DNA of 64,000 nucleotides from an uncultured Rhodospirillaceae bacterium (GTDB lineage: Bacteria; Pseudomonadota; Alphaproteobacteria; UBA11136), in contig CAYZWF010000001.1 in assembly GCA_964482135.1 (NCBI GenBank), forward strand, positions 11,362 through 75,361. Reading direction: 5' to 3'. The notes beneath the pieces are model-generated. The model was not told the DNA's origin. It was given only the letters and a program-made list of their open reading frames with translations, and did no database searches. Every line of letters starts with the position of its first letter. The stretch's first letter is position 1. Positions 1 to 9,718 of the stretch are shown piece by piece. Made by a program: the position numbers and the translations under genes.

Positions 1-162
1 GACGACAAGGGCGACAAGGACATGGTGCGGACCATGAAACGGGGGCGGAAAATGGTGGTGAAGGGAACATCCTCGCGTGGCACCGCCACCACCGACACCT
101 ATTCCCTGACCGGGTTCTCCGCCGCCTATAAGGCCATCAGCGAGGCCTGCGGGGTAAAATAA
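1..162 (+). CDS. IalB (invasion-associated locus B) family protein, C-terminal fragment; 5' end lies outside the window
   Basis: In-frame translation from base 1 gives ...[41 protein letters not shown], ending at TAA 160-162. This resembles the conserved C-terminus of IalB-family periplasmic proteins. Confidence 0.5.
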   Translation, partial: DDKGDKDMVRTMKRGRKMVVKGTSSRGTATTDTYSLTGFSAAYKAISEACGVK

Positions 163-197
163 TCCCGCCGCCCCGCCCCGCTTTCATTGCGGCCACC

Positions 198-1403
198 ATG
201 ATGGCCAACCATATGACCAACAGCATGACCCAGAACACGGCCTCCCATACGGCTCACCCCCCCGCCAATCCTGCTGATCCCAGTGCTGATTCAGGCGCGC
301 TGCCCAGCCTCATCGGCATGAGCCGCGAAGACATGGCCGCCGCCATGGCGGCGCTGGACATGCCGGCCTTCCGTACCGGCCAGCTCTGGCACTGGGTCTA
401 TTTCCATGGCGCGCGGGAATTTTCCCAGATGACCACGCTGGCCAAGGACTTCCGCGCCCTGCTGGCCGAGCGCTACAGCCTGGCGCGGCCCGAAATCGTC
501 GATCACCAAAAATCCGCCGACGGCACCCATAAATGGCTGCTGCGCCTGGCCGACGGCAACGAGGTGGAGACCGTCTTCATCCCCGAGGAGGACCGCGGCG
601 CGCTGTGCCTTTCCTCCCAGGTGGGCTGTACCCTGAAATGCAGCTTCTGCCATACCGGCACCCAAGGATTGGTGCGTAACTTGACGCCCGGCGAGATGGT
701 GGCCCAGCTCATGGTGGCCCGCGATACCCTCGACGAATGGGCGGCGCCCAGCGGCCAACGCCTGCTCACCAATGTGGTGGTCATGGGCATGGGCGAACCC
801 TTCTACAATTACGATGCCGTTTCGGCGGCCCTGAAAATCCTCATGGACCACGAAGGCATTTCCATTTCCAAGCGCCGCATTACTTTGTCCACCGCCGGGG
901 TGGTGCCGCTGATGGCGCGCTGCGGGGCGGATTTGGGCGTCAATCTGGCGGTCTCGCTCCATGCGGTGCGCGATGAATTGCGTAACAAGCTGGTGCCGCT
1001 GAACCGCAAATACCCGCTGGCCCAATTGCTCGATGCGGCGCGGGCCTATCCCACCGCCAGCAACGCGCGGCGCATTACTTTCGAATACGCGATGCTGAAG
1101 GGCGTCAACGATTCTCCCGCCGATGCCCGGGAACTGGCGCGGCTGTTGAGAGACATCCCGGCCAAGGTCAATCTCATTCCCTTCAATCCCTGGCCCGGCG
1201 CGCCCTATGAATGTTCCACCAAGGGCGCCATGCGGCGCTTCGCCGGAATCCTCAACGATCTCGGCCTGTCGGCGCCGTTGCGCGATACCCGGGGCGGCGA
1301 CATCATGGCCGCCTGCGGCCAACTCAAGTCCGAGAGCATTAAGGCCGCCTGCGGACTGCGCCAACAAGAAAGCATTAAGGCCGCTCCTGTTCCGCTCAAA
1401 TAA
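198..1403 (+). CDS. rlmN: 23S rRNA/tRNA adenine-C2 methyltransferase RlmN (radical SAM)
   Basis: Has the radical-SAM CxxxCxxC motif ([16 protein letters not shown]) and a GMGEP-like motif with RlmN-like overall architecture. The start may be the internal Met at 318. The C-terminus carries a short tandem repeat, SESIKAA/QESIKAA. Confidence 0.85.
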   Translation: MMANHMTNSMTQNTASHTAHPPANPADPSADSGALPSLIGMSREDMAAAMAALDMPAFRTGQLWHWVYFHGAREFSQMTTLAKDFRALLAERYSLARPEIVDHQKSADGTHKWLLRLADGNEVETVFIPEEDRGALCLSSQVGCTLKCSFCHTGTQGLVRNLTPGEMVAQLMVARDTLDEWAAPSGQRLLTNVVVMGMGEPFYNYDAVSAALKILMDHEGISISKRRITLSTAGVVPLMARCGADLGVNLAVSLHAVRDELRNKLVPLNRKYPLAQLLDAARAYPTASNARRITFEYAMLKGVNDSPADARELARLLRDIPAKVNLIPFNPWPGAPYECSTKGAMRRFAGILNDLGLSAPLRDTRGGDIMAACGQLKSESIKAACGLRQQESIKAAPVPLK

Positions 1404-1521
1404 CCGCCCCCCGTAACAGCGTCTTTTCCTTGCCGCGAGAGCGCGTTTGCCTATACTGCGCGGCCTGATCTCTCGCCCTCATCATCCCTCGCCCTCATTA
1501 CAAAAGAGGACGGACCCGCAC

Positions 1522-2739
1522 ATGAACGCCAAAAAGAATACCGTGAAAAAGGTTGTGCTCGCCTATTCGGGCGGGCTCGACACCAGCGTCATCCTGCGCT
1601 GGCTGGTGGACGCCTATGGCTGCGAGGTGGTGACCTTCACCGCCGATCTCGGCCAGGGCGAGGAACTGGCCCCGGCGCGGGAAAAGGCGGAAACCATGGG
1701 CGTGAAGGAAATCTTCGTCGAAGACCTTCGCGACGAATTCGTGCGCGATTACGTCTTCCCCATGTTCCGGGCCAACGCTCTCTACGAGGGCACCTATCTT
1801 CTCGGCACCTCCATCGCCCGGCCGCTGATCGCCAAGCGCCAGATCGAGATCGCGGCCGAGGTAGGCGCCGACGCCGTGGCCCATGGCTCTACTGGTAAGG
1901 GCAACGACCAGCTGCGCTTCGAATTGGGCTATTACGCGCTCAATCCCGATATCAAGGTGATCGCGCCGTGGCGGGAATGGGATCTCGATTCACGGGAAAA
2001 GCTGGTGGCCTACGCCGAGGCGTACCAGATTCCGGTGCCCACCGACAAGCGCGGCGAGGCCGATTATTCCACCGACGCCAATCTGTTGCACATCTCGTAC
2101 GAGGGCAAGGTGCTGGAAGACCCCTGGGCCGAACCCGACGAGGACATGTTCACGCGCTCGGTCTCACCCCAGGCCGCGCCCGACGCCCCCACCGTGGTCG
2201 AGATCACGTTCAAGGGCGGCGACCCGGTGGCCGTGGATGGCAAGAAACTCGGTCCCGCCGACCTGTTGGCGCGGCTCAATGACCTGGGCGGCGCCAACGG
2301 CATCGGCCGCGCCGATATCGTCGAGAACCGCTATGTGGGCATGAAGTCGCGCGGGGTCTACGAGACGCCGGGCGGCACCATCCTGCTCGACGCCCATCGC
2401 GCCATGGAGAGCCTGACCCTGGATCGCGGCGCGGCCCACTTGAAGGACGAGCTCATGCCGCGCTATGCCGAGCTGGTCTATAACGGCTTCTGGTTCTCGC
2501 CGGAACGGGAGATGTTGCAGGGTCTCATTGATGACACCCAGGCCGCCGTCAACGGCACGGTGCGGCTCAAGCTCTATAAGGGCGGAGTCCATGTGGTGGG
2601 GCGCAAGTCGCCCAACAGCCTCTACAGTTCGGCCCACGCCACCTTCGAGGCCGACCAGGTCTACGACCAGAGCGATGCCGAGGGCTTTATCAAATTGAAC
2701 GCCCTGCGCCTGCGCCTGCTCGGCAAGCGCAAGAAATAA
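1522..2739 (+). CDS. argG: argininosuccinate synthase
   Basis: N-terminal [13 protein letters not shown]-loop plus STGKGNDQ and [23 protein letters not shown] motifs typical of ArgG. The ATG at 1522 is preceded by AAAGAGGA. The ORF-track start at 1447 is probably an upstream extension. Confidence 0.9.
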   Translation: MNAKKNTVKKVVLAYSGGLDTSVILRWLVDAYGCEVVTFTADLGQGEELAPAREKAETMGVKEIFVEDLRDEFVRDYVFPMFRANALYEGTYLLGTSIARPLIAKRQIEIAAEVGADAVAHGSTGKGNDQLRFELGYYALNPDIKVIAPWREWDLDSREKLVAYAEAYQIPVPTDKRGEADYSTDANLLHISYEGKVLEDPWAEPDEDMFTRSVSPQAAPDAPTVVEITFKGGDPVAVDGKKLGPADLLARLNDLGGANGIGRADIVENRYVGMKSRGVYETPGGTILLDAHRAMESLTLDRGAAHLKDELMPRYAELVYNGFWFSPEREMLQGLIDDTQAAVNGTVRLKLYKGGVHVVGRKSPNSLYSSAHATFEADQVYDQSDAEGFIKLNALRLRLLGKRKK

Positions 2740-2766
2740 ACGCACAGCGCCACCACCCGCTCGCCC

Positions 2767-3456
2767 CTACGGCAGCGGCGTGAAACCGATCACCCATTCA
2801 TGGGCGGCCAGCAGAACCCCGTAGAGAACCAGCCCGCCCGCGATCTTGCCCCAGCCGATTTCGGACATAGTTACCCGCGCCCGCCCGGCGGCGATGGCGG
2901 CGAAGGGAACCGCCGAGGTGGCCCTTGCGAAACGCTCCCAGTCGGGCCCATGAAGCCGCGCGCGCTTGGTGTCGATGAGCCATGGCCCGGCCAGCGCCAG
3001 TGCCAGAAAAGCGCCGAACAGCACCAGCCCGGCGGCGTCGCCGTTGGGCGCCAGATGAGCGCCGGCCCATAAAATAAGAGCCCACATGACGGGATGGCGG
3101 GTGACTTTGACAATGCCGCCTATCTCTTCGCCCCCCTCTTCGCTGCCCGGCAGCGCCACGTCACTTCTGATGCTGGCCCCGGCGCTGGTGAGGCCCGCCA
3201 CCAACAGGATACAGGCCAGTGGCATGAGCAGAACCGGGATCATGCGCATCCACGGGGCTTGCGGCCAGACCTCCACGAAGGGCGCGCCTGCGTAGGCGGT
3301 GATCATCCAGGCCAGCGCCCCCAGCGTCACCATCGAATAGAGAACCCGGAAACCGCGCTGCCCGAGAAGCCCCGTCAGCCGCGCGCGCGCAACCGTACTG
3401 GAGAGCCCCACATGACTCCCCAGCATAAAAGCCGCGGCCAGGATCAGTTCCGCCAT
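2767..3456 (-). CDS. NnrU family membrane protein
   Basis: Multi-pass hydrophobic protein. MWALILWAGAHLAPNGD and the C-terminal region are typical of NnrU/DUF1295-like proteins. The start is taken at MAELIL; the annotated upstream extension is unlikely. Confidence 0.6.
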   Translation of the reverse strand: MAELILAAAFMLGSHVGLSSTVARARLTGLLGQRGFRVLYSMVTLGALAWMITAYAGAPFVEVWPQAPWMRMIPVLLMPLACILLVAGLTSAGASIRSDVALPGSEEGGEEIGGIVKVTRHPVMWALILWAGAHLAPNGDAAGLVLFGAFLALALAGPWLIDTKRARLHGPDWERFARATSAVPFAAIAAGRARVTMSEIGWGKIAGGLVLYGVLLAAHEWVIGFTPLP

Positions 3457-3502
3457 GGTTTTTTCGGACCCGCCTCTACCCCCCACGTCCCTACGCGCCC
3501 GT

Positions 3503-4408
3503 TTACGCGCCGGGGTCTTCCGGCTCGGTGAGTCCATGCTGGCGGCAGGCGGCGGTCAGTGTGTTCACCAACAGACAGGCGATGGTCATGGGACCGACGC
3601 CGCCGGGCACCGGGGTGATGGCTCCGGCCACCTGGGACGCTTCGTCGAAGGCCACGTCGCCCACCAGCCGGGTCTTGCCCTCGCCCTTTTCCGGGGCGTC
3701 GATGCGGTTGATGCCCACATCGATGACGGTGGCGCCGGGCTTGATCCAGTCGCCCCTCACCATTTCCGCTCTTCCCACGGCGGCCACCAGAATATCGGCC
3801 TCGCGGCAGACGCCGGGCAAATCCTTGGTGCGGGAATGACAGATGGTCACAGTACAGCTTTCCTTGATCAGCAACGCCGCCATGGGCTTGCCGACGATGT
3901 TGGAGCGTCCCACGATCACCGCGTTGAGGCCCGACAGATCACCCAGTTCGTCTTTCAGCATCAGGCTGCATCCCAGCGGCGTGCACGGCACCAGCGCATC
4001 CATGCCCGACCACAAGCGGCCGATATTGATGGCGTGGAAGCCGTCCACATCCTTGGCAGGATCGATGGAATCGAGCACCTTCTGGCTGTCGATATGACCG
4101 GGCAGGGGGAGCTGCACCAGAATGCCGTTCACGGCCTCGTCCTTATTGAGCTTCTCCACCAGCGCCAGCAAATCGGCCTCCGGCGTGGTGTCGTCGAGCC
4201 TGTGCTCGAAGGAGCGATAACCCACCTCCACCGTCTGTTTGGCCTTGTTGCGCACATAGACCTGGCTCGCCGGGTCTTCGCCCACCAGCACCACGGCCAG
4301 GCCGGGCACCAGGCCGTGTTCCTGTTTCAGCACGGCGGCCCTGCGGGCCAGGCTTTCACGTAAATTGGCGGCAAAGGCTTTGCCGTCGATAATCTTGGCT
4401 TCAGACAT
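3503..4408 (-). CDS. folD: bifunctional methylenetetrahydrofolate dehydrogenase/methenyl-THF cyclohydrolase
   Basis: Full-length FolD-like sequence: KIIDGKA...YVRNKAK... and GKPMAALL...VTICHSRT. Confidence 0.9.
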   Translation of the reverse strand: MSEAKIIDGKAFAANLRESLARRAAVLKQEHGLVPGLAVVLVGEDPASQVYVRNKAKQTVEVGYRSFEHRLDDTTPEADLLALVEKLNKDEAVNGILVQLPLPGHIDSQKVLDSIDPAKDVDGFHAINIGRLWSGMDALVPCTPLGCSLMLKDELGDLSGLNAVIVGRSNIVGKPMAALLIKESCTVTICHSRTKDLPGVCREADILVAAVGRAEMVRGDWIKPGATVIDVGINRIDAPEKGEGKTRLVGDVAFDEASQVAGAITPVPGGVGPMTIACLLVNTLTAACRQHGLTEPEDPGA

Positions 4409-4622
4409 TCTTACTCCTTATCCATTCTTGCAACCGTTGCAAAAGAACTTCCCCATCCCCTTCAATCAGAACCGTTTTGCGCCGCGAGCTCGCGCCCGCG
4501 ACAATGGAAAGGCTGGACTTCGGTATCCGCCATTGTTTGGCCAACAGCTTCAACAGCGCCCCATTGGCCTTGCCGCCCCCGACCCGCACCGTTTTGTGGC
4601 TCGGTGACGCGAACTGTGACAA
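4401..4622 (-). CDS. yggU: DUF167 (YggU) family protein
   Basis: 73-aa protein with the [20 protein letters not shown]... pattern of the UPF0235/YggU family. Its stop overlaps the folD start, and it lies next to yggT as in many genomes. Confidence 0.6.
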   Translation of the reverse strand: MSQFASPSHKTVRVGGGKANGALLKLLAKQWRIPKSSLSIVAGASSRRKTVLIEGDGEVLLQRLQEWIRSKNV

Positions 4623-4741
4623 CCGGATGTTCCTTCCCGTCCGCCGCGACTCCGGAAATACAGGCTTTTTTCGCTCCCGGGGTCAGGCGGAGCGCGACCT
4701 TAAGCCCCCGCGTCTCCTTTGTGAAGGGGCAAGCTGCCGCC

Positions 4742-5026
4742 TCAGGCAAAATAATAGATGAGCGAATACTGCAGGGTATAAAGCAGCAGGATCAGCACTA
4801 CCGGCGAGATATCCAGCCCCCCCATGAAGGGCAGGAAACGCCGCACCGGCGCCAACAGGGGCTCGGTAATGCGATAGAGAAAATCGCCCACCAGATAGAC
4901 GAAGCGGTTGCTTGTATTGATGACGTTGAAGGACACCAGCCAGCTCATCACCACCGAGATGATCAACAGCCAGATATAGATATTGATCACCTGATAGAGC
5001 AGGAAAACGATGGGATTCAAGGTCAC
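4742..5026 (-). CDS. yggT: YggT family membrane protein
   Basis: Hydrophobic 95-aa product (NPIVFLLYQVINIYIWLLIISVVMSWL...). GTG start at 5026 with GGAGG 8 nt upstream. The longer ORF-track version is an N-terminal extension. Confidence 0.65.
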   Translation of the reverse strand: MTLNPIVFLLYQVINIYIWLLIISVVMSWLVSFNVINTSNRFVYLVGDFLYRITEPLLAPVRRFLPFMGGLDISPVVLILLLYTLQYSLIYYFA

Positions 5027-5137
5027 GTGACGGGCCTCCGCGAAAGCCGGGTGATCTGGGCCGGGTTGCTCCGGGTTGCGGCCAAACCTACCCTCCCTGT
5101 CCGCCGCGTTCAAGAAAGACTAAATCTTTGAAAAATT

Positions 5138-5213
<76 letters not shown>

Positions 5214-5304
5214 GAAAAAAATCGGAACCACCCCTAAAAAATCAGGGTGGATAGTGGGGGCGGATAATGTGTCCCGCGCCAAGCCCTGTCAAGCATACTG
5301 CCCG

Positions 5305-6264
5305 TCAGCGAGGTGGACCCAACAGGGTTACGGGAATTTCGTCGAGACAGACCTCCAGCGGTCCATCCTCGGACAAGATGCCCGCCGGTCCCTCCATCAG
5401 ATCGCCATCCATCTGCAGCGGGTCACCGGAATCGCCGCCCGCGCCTTCCACATGCACCGATGTTCCTTCCATGATCCGCACATCATCCAGCCGGTGCAGC
5501 CTTCCCAGCACCAGCGCCGCGCCGTAACGTAAAGCGTTCCAGGCTCCGCTCCCGGCCAGGCAGACCACGTAAAGACGCGGCTCCTCGAGCCGGGCGTCGC
5601 GCACCAGCACGAATCCGCCGCCGTAATGGCGCGCCCGCGTGATAATTACCGTGGCCGCGTCGCAAACCTCGCTGTCTTTACCGTCTTTGCCGTCTTCTCC
5701 GTTCACGGTGACGCGGCAGCGCCCGCCGCCGCGCCACATTTCCTTGAACGCCGCCACCACGTAGGCCGCGGCGCCGAGAACTCGTTTCGTTCCCGTATCG
5801 ACCCCCGCCACCACCCGGGCGTCGAATCCTGCCGACACCATGAGCAGGAACAGCCTGCCATTGGCGCGGCCGGGCCGCACCACCTTGCGTTCGCCGACCA
5901 GGATGGTTTCCGCCAGCCCCCATGCCGAACGCGGCAGGCCCAGCTCATGGGCCAGAATATTGGCCGTGCCCAGGGGGATGAAGGCTAGCGCCGGTGTCTT
6001 GCCACGTGGTGTCTTGCCGCCAAGCGTCCCCAGCCCGTTAAGGGCCTCGTTCACCGTACCGTCGCCGCCGGCCACCGCCACCACGTCAAAGTTCCCGGCC
6101 TCGCGCGCATAAGTTTCCGCGTCACCAGGCCCACCCGTCTCGCGCACCGTCACCTGTGCCCCGGCTTCGCATAGGCGGGTCAGCACCCGGTCCAGCCGGG
6201 CCTTATTGCGCCGCCCGGAAACCGGGTTGTAAATCACCAATATGCGTGTGCCGCTCGCCGTCAT
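5305..6264 (-). CDS. diacylglycerol kinase catalytic-domain lipid kinase (YegS/BmrU family)
   Basis: N-terminal ILVIYNPVSGRR and AGGDGTVNEA (the DAGK_cat GGDG motif). Confidence 0.75.
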   Translation of the reverse strand: MTASGTRILVIYNPVSGRRNKARLDRVLTRLCEAGAQVTVRETGGPGDAETYAREAGNFDVVAVAGGDGTVNEALNGLGTLGGKTPRGKTPALAFIPLGTANILAHELGLPRSAWGLAETILVGERKVVRPGRANGRLFLLMVSAGFDARVVAGVDTGTKRVLGAAAYVVAAFKEMWRGGGRCRVTVNGEDGKDGKDSEVCDAATVIITRARHYGGGFVLVRDARLEEPRLYVVCLAGSGAWNALRYGAALVLGRLHRLDDVRIMEGTSVHVEGAGGDSGDPLQMDGDLMEGPAGILSEDGPLEVCLDEIPVTLLGPPR

Positions 6265-6423
6265 GGCAAAGTCCGTTCCAGTTCTTCCTTCCTGGCCACC
6301 CCTCAGAGAACCCAGCCCCGCTAGAGAACTAAAGAATATCCCCGAAAACCACCAAAATCTGACACCGTCCTCTCTCCGCTCTGTTGTACCCTGCCGGTAT
6401 GGAGTAGACTCTTCCGCCTAATA

Positions 6424-6509
6424 GGGCCAGGGTACGTCGGCCCCAAAAAAGGCGGCGCTGGCAAAACCAACAGCGCCGAGCTTGGGAAGGGCCAGGGTAC
6501 GTCGGCCCC
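6424..6509. repeat. Two copies of a REP-like dispersed element (GGGCCAGGGTACGTCGGCCCC followed by an A-run), in reverse orientation
   Basis: An identical 21-mer occurs at 6424-6444 and 6489-6509. It is the same family as the elements at 8927, 9853-10253, 14326 and 29655-29720. Confidence 0.8.
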
Positions 6510-6516
6510 GAAAAGA

Positions 6517-8001
6517 TTGTTGCGGGAGACCCTGTTGTCACCATCCTCCACCACGCAGGCACACGCTTGCGCTCCGGAAAACGAACAATGGTCGGCGCGC
6601 TTCATCGCACCGGAAAACCTGCCCGGTAAGCTTGCCGACTCTTTCGACCTGCTGCAACTGCACCGCTTGAACGGGGCGCGCTATCCCCACTTTCTGGAAT
6701 CAGCGGCGCGGGGCGGGGTCCAGGCCCGCTTCGACATCCTCTTCGCCTTTCCCGGCGACACCCTGACCCTTACAAGCGACGGCCTCCTCACCGGCGCCGA
6801 CCACATAGAACGCAAGCGCGACAAGGGCTTTCTCTCCACCTTCGACCGCTGGTGGGGACAGGCCATGTTCCCGGCTCCGGTAACCATGGAAATCGGCAGC
6901 GTGCCGCCCTTTCACGGCGGCTGGTTCCTCTATCTGGGATACGAGCTGGCGCGCGAGATCGAACCGACGCTGGACTTTCCCTCGGCACCCGGCGACTTCC
7001 CCATTGCCTTCGCCACCCGCTTCCCGGCGGCCGTCATCCGCGACCATGAAAGCGGCGAAGTAACCCTGGTGGCCGAAACCGGCTGCGACGATCTGCTCGA
7101 CAAAATGGAGGCCGACCTCGCTGCCCTTGCGCAATCGCCGCCGCCGCCCTTCACCGATACCCAATGCCTCGAAGGCGATCTCGACGAAGACCCGCCGGAC
7201 CAGCATCTTGAAAATCTGCGCCACTGTATCGACTATATTTATGCCGGCGACGTGTTCCAGGTGAACCTGTCGCGGGCCTGGCGCGGCCGGCTCACCCGGG
7301 ACATCTCCCACGCCCACCTCTATGACCGGCTGCGCGGCTGTAATCCCGCGCCCTTTGCCGGGCTTGTGACGCGGGGCGATGACGCCATCATCAGCTCCTC
7401 GCCGGAACGGCTGGTGGAAGTGCGCGGGCGTATCATCCAGACCCGCCCCATCGCCGGCACCCGGCCGCGCGGGTCGAGCGGCATCACCGATGTGGCCTTG
7501 TCCGAGGAGCTTCTCGCCCATCCCAAGGAGCGGGCCGAACACATCATGCTGGTGGACCTCGAGCGCAACGATATTTCCCGGGTCTGCAAGCCGGGCAGCG
7601 TGCGCGTGGACGAAATGATGGTGGTGGAATCCTACGCCCATGTGCATCACATCGTCTCCAACGTGCGCGGCGAACTGGCCCGCGCGGTGGCCCCCGGCGA
7701 GGTGGTGCGCGCGGTCTTTCCCGGCGGCACTATCACCGGCTGTCCCAAGGTGCGCTGTATGGAAATCCTCGCTGAACTGGAAGGCGTGGGGCGCGGCCCC
7801 TATACCGGCTCCATGGGCTATGTGAACCGCGACGGCAGCCTCGACCTCAATATCCTGATCCGCACCATGCTGCGCGAGGGCGATGCGGTTTGCCTGCGTG
7901 CCGGCGGCGGCATCGTCGCCGATTCCGATCCTGAAAAGGAACTGGAGGAAACCCGCGACAAGGCCAAAGGCGTGGTCCGCGCCCTCACCGAGGGAGGGTG
8001 A
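6517..8001 (+). CDS. pabB: aminodeoxychorismate synthase component I (anthranilate synthase component I family)
   Basis: Chorismate-binding enzyme motifs (PIAGTRPRG, HIMLVDLERNDI, FPGGTITGCPKVRCMEIL, GSMGY). Assigned as pabB rather than trpE because a class-IV aminotransferase (pabC) follows immediately downstream. Confidence 0.75.
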   Translation: MLRETLLSPSSTTQAHACAPENEQWSARFIAPENLPGKLADSFDLLQLHRLNGARYPHFLESAARGGVQARFDILFAFPGDTLTLTSDGLLTGADHIERKRDKGFLSTFDRWWGQAMFPAPVTMEIGSVPPFHGGWFLYLGYELAREIEPTLDFPSAPGDFPIAFATRFPAAVIRDHESGEVTLVAETGCDDLLDKMEADLAALAQSPPPPFTDTQCLEGDLDEDPPDQHLENLRHCIDYIYAGDVFQVNLSRAWRGRLTRDISHAHLYDRLRGCNPAPFAGLVTRGDDAIISSSPERLVEVRGRIIQTRPIAGTRPRGSSGITDVALSEELLAHPKERAEHIMLVDLERNDISRVCKPGSVRVDEMMVVESYAHVHHIVSNVRGELARAVAPGEVVRAVFPGGTITGCPKVRCMEILAELEGVGRGPYTGSMGYVNRDGSLDLNILIRTMLREGDAVCLRAGGGIVADSDPEKELEETRDKAKGVVRALTEGG

Positions 8002-8005
8002 GCCC

Positions 8006-8908
8006 ATGGGCGGCGGCGAATTTTCCTTCCAGTATCAACCCGGCACGGACCGGCCCATTTCTCCCCTCTACGTCAACGGCGAGGCCCGGGACACGCTGCC
8101 GGTCTCCGACCGCGGCCTGGCGTACGGCGACGGCCTGTTCGAGACCATCGCCGTGCGCGAGGGCAAACCCGAATTCTGGGGCCGTCACCTGGCCCGTCTG
8201 CGCGAGGGCTGTGAGCGTCTTCGTATTGTTGAACCGGATATGGGAGAATTGTCCCGCGAGTCGCAACTCCTCCTCAACGGCCAGCGCACCAGCCATGGCG
8301 TGGAACAGGGAATCTTGAAGATTATCATTACCCGGGGGTCGGGCGGGCGCGGCTACCGTGCGCCGGAAGATCCTCACCCCACCCGCATCGTTGCCTTTCA
8401 TCCCTGGCCCGACATTCCCGAAACCCATACCTCGGAGGGCGTCAAGATACGGCGCTGTGACCTACGACTTGGTCACCAACCGGCCTTGGCCGGGATCAAG
8501 CATCTCAACCGGCTCGAAAACGTGCTGGCGCGGGCCGAATGGGACGACCCGGAAATCGCCGAGGGCCTGCTCTGCGATGGCGAGGGAAACGTCATCGAGG
8601 GCACCATGAGCAATCTCTTTATGGAACGCGAGGGGGTTCTCTCAACGCCGGACCTCTCGCGTTGCGGCGTGGCCGGGATCATCCGCGCCGTGGTCATGGA
8701 AGAGGCAGGCTCACAGGGGCTTTCCGTGCAGGTGGGCGATATTCGTTACGAAGACGTAATGACAGCAGACGCCCTCTTCCTCACCAACAGCGTCATGGGT
8801 ATCTGGCCGGTGCGCGAACTCGACGGCCACGCCGCCCTCATCAGCCCCACCACCCGCGCGCTGATGGAACGGCTCGAAACCCGTCGCCGCAACCACCGCG
8901 AAGAATAA
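8006..8908 (+). CDS. pabC: aminodeoxychorismate lyase (class IV aminotransferase)
   Basis: PLP fold-type IV pattern (GDGLFETIAV, ...GIKHLNRLENVLA..., EGTMSNLF). The ATG at 8006 sits 5 nt after the pabB stop, so the ORF-track start at 7883 is an extension. Confidence 0.75.
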   Translation: MGGGEFSFQYQPGTDRPISPLYVNGEARDTLPVSDRGLAYGDGLFETIAVREGKPEFWGRHLARLREGCERLRIVEPDMGELSRESQLLLNGQRTSHGVEQGILKIIITRGSGGRGYRAPEDPHPTRIVAFHPWPDIPETHTSEGVKIRRCDLRLGHQPALAGIKHLNRLENVLARAEWDDPEIAEGLLCDGEGNVIEGTMSNLFMEREGVLSTPDLSRCGVAGIIRAVVMEEAGSQGLSVQVGDIRYEDVMTADALFLTNSVMGIWPVRELDGHAALISPTTRALMERLETRRRNHREE

Positions 8909-8926
8909 CCGCCCTCTTTTTTCAGG

Positions 8927-8948
8927 TCCGCAGACTCCGACGTACCTG
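8927..8948. repeat. REP-like element, variant (GGTCCGCAGACTCCGACGTACCTG preceded by a T-run)
   Basis: Matches the longer T-run + GGGGCCGCAGTCTCTGACGTACC family seen at 10003 and 14326. It is followed by an imperfect hairpin at 8947-8980. The element lies between the convergent pabC gene and the peptide array. Confidence 0.6.
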
Positions 8949-9056
8949 TCTCCCAAAGCTGCGAAGCAGCGAAGGGAGACCTTGGGCCTTAAAACAAAAA
9001 ATCCCGCGAGGTGATTCCCCGCGAGGTTTTTGTTAATTCCTGACGCTGGGTCAGGT

Positions 9057-9188
9057 CTATCCAGGCTGGTTGGAGTTAAAGCAATAGTACATAGTTGCTT
9101 GCATGTTCCCGTCAGCCCGGTCCAGGGCTTCGTCGGAAAGCTCGGCCAGGTCTTCGCTCTCGGGTTTTTTCACATCAGTCTTGGGCAT
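9057..9188 (-). CDS. putative RiPP/bacteriocin-like precursor peptide, copy 1 (43 aa): MPKTDVKKPESEDLAELSDEALDRADGNMQATMYYCFNSNQPG
   Basis: The ATG at 9188 is preceded by an AAAGGAAAACCCC SD-like sequence. The conserved 24-aa leader is shared with three paralogues, the C-terminus is unique, and there is a clean stop at 9057-9059. It is absent from the ORF track because it is under 60 aa. Confidence 0.6.
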   Translation of the reverse strand: MPKTDVKKPESEDLAELSDEALDRADGNMQATMYYCFNSNQPG

Positions 9189-9210
9189 GGGGTTTTCCTT
9201 TTAGTGCCAC

Positions 9211-9345
9211 TTACTCAGCCGGTGACGTAGTCCCGCAGTGGCTGGTATTCGTGCATACCTTCGTGATCTCTAAACGGTCCAGGACCTCGTCGCTGAGTTC
9301 AGCCACATCCTCGCTCTCGATTTTTTTCACATCTGTTTTGGGTAT
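9211..9345 (-). CDS. precursor-peptide paralogue, copy 2 (44 aa if translated): [I]PKTDVKKIESEDVAELSDEVLDRLEITKVCTNTSHCGTTSPAE; the start codon is ATA, so it may be a pseudogene
   Basis: The frame is conserved behind an AAAGGGAGGAACCC SD sequence, but the initiator position reads ATA. An in-frame TAA lies 5 codons upstream, so no alternative ATG exists. Confidence 0.4.
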   Translation of the reverse strand: MPKTDVKKIESEDVAELSDEVLDRLEITKVCTNTSHCGTTSPAE

Positions 9346-9367
9346 GGGTTCCTCCCTTTAATGGGGG

Positions 9368-9508
9368 TCAGTCAGCCGGAGCACTATTAGCGCAGGCGCC
9401 ACTGTTGCTGTTGCACCATTGTAAGTTCTCGGCGGTCCGGTCCAGAGCCTCGTCGGCAAGTTCAGCCACATCCTCGCTCTCGATTTTTTTAACGTCTGTC
9501 TTGGGCAT
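9368..9508 (-). CDS. precursor-peptide paralogue, copy 3 (46 aa): MPKTDVKKIESEDVAELADEALDRTAENLQWCNSNSGACANSAPAD
   Basis: The ATG at 9508 is preceded by AAAGGGAGAACCTC. It carries the conserved leader, and the stop is TGA at 9368-9370. Confidence 0.6.
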   Translation of the reverse strand: MPKTDVKKIESEDVAELADEALDRTAENLQWCNSNSGACANSAPAD

Positions 9509-9571
9509 GAGGTTCTCCCTTTAGTGGCGGCTATTCAGCCGGGGACAGCTACGCGCAGCAGCCGACACAGC

Positions 9572-9718
9572 CTATGTTATACACGAGGACGAGGACGCGC
9601 ATCCGCCAACGCTGGCGCATACGATGTACACCTGCGCATCCGAAGTCCGGTCCAGGGCCTCGTCACTGAGTTCGGCCAAGTCTTCGCTCTCGGGTTTTTT
9701 CACATCTGTTTTGGGCAT
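9572..9718 (-). CDS. precursor-peptide paralogue, copy 4 (48 aa): MPKTDVKKPESEDLAELSDEALDRTSDAQVYIVCASVGGCASSSSCIT
   Basis: The ATG at 9718 is preceded by GGGGAGAAAACT. It forms the C-terminal part of ORF-track entry 9572..9904, whose upstream extension crosses non-coding repeat DNA. The core has 3 Cys and a run of Ser. Confidence 0.6.
   Translation of the reverse strand: MPKTDVKKPESEDLAELSDEALDRTSDAQVYIVCASVGGCASSSSCIT

Noticed and set aside
291-1367. 358-aa minus-strand ORF antisense to rlmN, and similar long antisense ORFs (e.g. 2164-2745, 3455-4363, 6700-8007, 10609-11826, 12146-13843, 17552-18769, 31653-33686, 34372-35853, 36980-38251, 52865-53770, 60111-61478, 61367-62374)
   Set aside because: These are typical high-GC shadow ORFs. 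Their products are low-complexity and rich in Arg, Ala, Gly and Pro, with no motifs. Each lies exactly antisense to a well-supported conserved gene.
1305-1403. Short tandem peptide repeat at the RlmN C-terminus ([10 protein letters not shown] / [11 protein letters not shown])
   Set aside because: It is probably a trivial 3' duplication. It does not affect the radical-SAM domain and has low biological interest.
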